Positions 62,621-64,000 of a DNA stretch of 64,000 bases are shown here, one piece after another. The notes under the pieces are model-generated. The model was not told where the DNA came from. It was given only the letters and a program-made list of their open reading frames with translations, and made no database searches. The position numbers and the translations under genes are program-made. The DNA comes from Chloroflexota bacterium. GTDB lineage: Bacteria > Chloroflexota > UBA5177 > JANWHV01. The stretch spans positions 9,459-73,458 of the forward strand of contig DATLQX010000150.1 in the NCBI GenBank assembly GCA_035534995.1. Reading direction: 5' to 3'. Each line of letters opens with the position of its first letter. Position 1 is the first letter of the stretch.

Positions 62621-63874
62621 TCACAATCCATAGCAGAAGCGACCCGGATTCAGGGTAGCATGGGGATCCATCTTTGCCTTTATTGCCCTGGCAAGCCCAG
62701 CGCCGCCTGGCGCTCCGGCCCATGCGTCCACGGAGCGGCGGAGCGACACCGGCCCATCGGCCACTACCAGATGACCGCTCAGGGGACGCAAGGCAGCCCG
62801 AGCGGCGCCGATAGCCGCCCTAAGGGCCGGCTGATCTCCCCCTATCCGCGCGAGTATTGTACCCACGCCCGTATCCGCCTGCCAGGCCATCGTCAACCCA
62901 TGGTCCTCGCCAGCGGCGGCAAGCGCCTCCACGGCGCCCGCCAAGCGACCGGGCGCCACCCCGATCCGAAGCAAGGCCATCGAAGGTTGGGGTAAGATAC
63001 GCCACTCGGTCAGCCGACCAAGTAGCTCGTCCACCTCGGTAGGATCGTCGATCGACCGGGCGCGACCTTGACTGGCGGCGATAGTGGCATGCGCGGCGCT
63101 CATGGCCGACCGCACCGCCGCCGTGAACCCCTCGACAATCACCACCAGCGACGGTTCGACAGGACCTTCCGCGATCAGCGCGCTCCAGGCGTGGCTCTGA
63201 CCGGCTAGCGCGAGGCCCACCGCGATACAGGTCCTCGCGTCGGAGAAGGTGCCGACCACGGCGGTGCGAACCCTGCACAGCGGATGTACGCGGAGATTGG
63301 CCGAGACGATGACTCCCAGCGTGCCCAGAGAACCCACCCAGAGTTTACAGAGATCGTAGCCTGCCACGTTTTTTACCACCCGCCCACCGGATTTGCAGAT
63401 CTCGCCGGAGGGCAAGGCGACTTCCAGGCCAATCACGAGATCGCGGGAAGCACCGTACCGATAGCGGCGAATCGGCGGCGAGTTAGCCGCGAGAACGCCG
63501 CCAAGAGTGGCACGTCGCGGGTGAGGCAGGTCAAACGGGAGGAACTGCCCATGGGGGGCCAGCGCCGCTTGCACCTCCTCGAGGGTCGTCCCCGCCCGCA
63601 CACTCACCGTGAGATCCTCCGGGGCGTAGGCGACAATTCCCGACAGCTTCGTGGTCTCAACCACCAAGTCGCAGCGCGTTGGCGGCGACCCCAGGCGTTG
63701 TTCAGTGCCACCGCCCCAGGGTACCACCGCCAAGCCGGCATCCTGGGCTTCCCGAAGAGCGACGGCTAAGTCCTCGGCTCCCGCCGGGACCAGCCGGCGG
63801 GGCCGCCGATCCAGGCCGAGCACATCCTCCGGCGCGTCGACGTCGCAGATACCAGGATCCTCCTGTGTTTTCAC
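62621..63874 (-). CDS. glcE: Glycolate oxidase FAD-binding subunit GlcE-like
   Basis: FAD_binding_4-type N-domain: LAVVPWGGGTEQRLG, VKNVAGYDLCKLWVGSLGTLGV. It ends with DPHATLNPGRF. It sits directly upstream of glcF. Confidence 0.8.
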   Translation of the reverse strand: MKTQEDPGICDVDAPEDVLGLDRRPRRLVPAGAEDLAVALREAQDAGLAVVPWGGGTEQRLGSPPTRCDLVVETTKLSGIVAYAPEDLTVSVRAGTTLEEVQAALAPHGQFLPFDLPHPRRATLGGVLAANSPPIRRYRYGASRDLVIGLEVALPSGEICKSGGRVVKNVAGYDLCKLWVGSLGTLGVIVSANLRVHPLCRVRTAVVGTFSDARTCIAVGLALAGQSHAWSALIAEGPVEPSLVVIVEGFTAAVRSAMSAAHATIAASQGRARSIDDPTEVDELLGRLTEWRILPQPSMALLRIGVAPGRLAGAVEALAAAGEDHGLTMAWQADTGVGTILARIGGDQPALRAAIGAARAALRPLSGHLVVADGPVSLRRSVDAWAGAPGGAGLARAIKAKMDPHATLNPGRFCYGL

Positions 63875-63904
63875 TCATTCAGTGTAGCAGACGGCAATCG
63901 GATC

Positions 63905-64000
63905 CTAGCCGCCGGCCCGGACCCCGTTCTCCGCGTTCATCTTGGCCAGATCGGCGGCCAAACGCTGAACCACCCGCTGGCCCTCCATCCGAGAGGCCTC
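63905..64000 (-). CDS. 3' end of an unidentified CDS running off the window (position where glcD would be expected)
   Basis: The reverse-strand frame is open to the window edge and ends at TAG (complement of 63905-63907). 28 of 31 codons end in G or C. The translated tail (...RVVQRLAADLAKMNAENGVRAGG) does not show a GlcD signature I recognise. Confidence 0.3.
   Translation of the reverse strand, partial: EASRMEGQRVVQRLAADLAKMNAENGVRAGG

Noticed and set aside
1-64000. Mobile elements, prophage, CRISPR arrays, tRNA/rRNA genes
   Set aside because: I saw no transposase, integrase or Cas-like translations in the ORF track, no regularly spaced direct repeats, and no T-loop (GGTTCGAATCC-like) signatures in intergenic DNA. 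The window looks like core chromosome rather than an island.
63905-64000. Calling the truncated upstream ORF glcD
   Set aside because: Its position fits a glcD-glcE-glcF operon, but the 31 visible residues show no GlcD C-terminal signature I recognise. It is left as an unidentified partial CDS.

Overview
GC-rich bacterial chromosomal segment, densely packed with about 60 protein genes. I recognised no rRNA, tRNA, CRISPR array, transposase or integrase. Many gene junctions overlap by 1-4 nt or directly abut, and long antisense ORFs appear inside real genes, as expected at this GC content.

Layout:
- (i) 1-7.6 kb: the hslU tail, then the conserved rpsB-tsf-pyrH-frr-uppS-cdsA-dxr-rseP array.
- (ii) 7.6-9.6 kb: an uncharacterised trio (DUF3891-like, HipA-like kinase, DUF3037-like) appended to that array and closed by a strong hairpin. 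This is my best candidate for an undescribed system.
- (iii) 9.6-16.6 kb: orphan secreted and acidic proteins, a PAP2 / MarR divergent pair with a textbook promoter-operator, a GT-C-type membrane glycosyltransferase, and a K+-independent-type membrane pyrophosphatase preceded by a 46-nt near-perfect palindrome.
- (iv) 16.6-21.5 kb and 29.6-55 kb: a very large envelope-glycan biosynthesis region. It holds SDR enzymes, an O-antigen-ligase-like/TPR fusion, a WecA-family initiating transferase, a WbpA/B/E/D-like diacetamido-uronic-acid module, a second amino-sugar module, GT2 and GT4 transferases, an AsnB-like amidotransferase, a Wzx-like flippase, UDP-xylose synthase, an LCP ligase and a PD40 propeller. 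It is interrupted by housekeeping genes (hemB, NUDIX, tatD, HIT, hisZ-like/hisG, yvcK, def) and contains embedded sirC-like, ndk and roadblock genes.
- (v) 55-64 kb: EthD, two crotonases and two 3-hydroxyacyl-CoA dehydrogenase paralogues (one apparently inactive), a DsbA-like gene, lipA, proline dehydrogenase and glcE/glcF.

All protein calls rest on motifs read from the supplied translations and on remembered family signatures. No database search was run.
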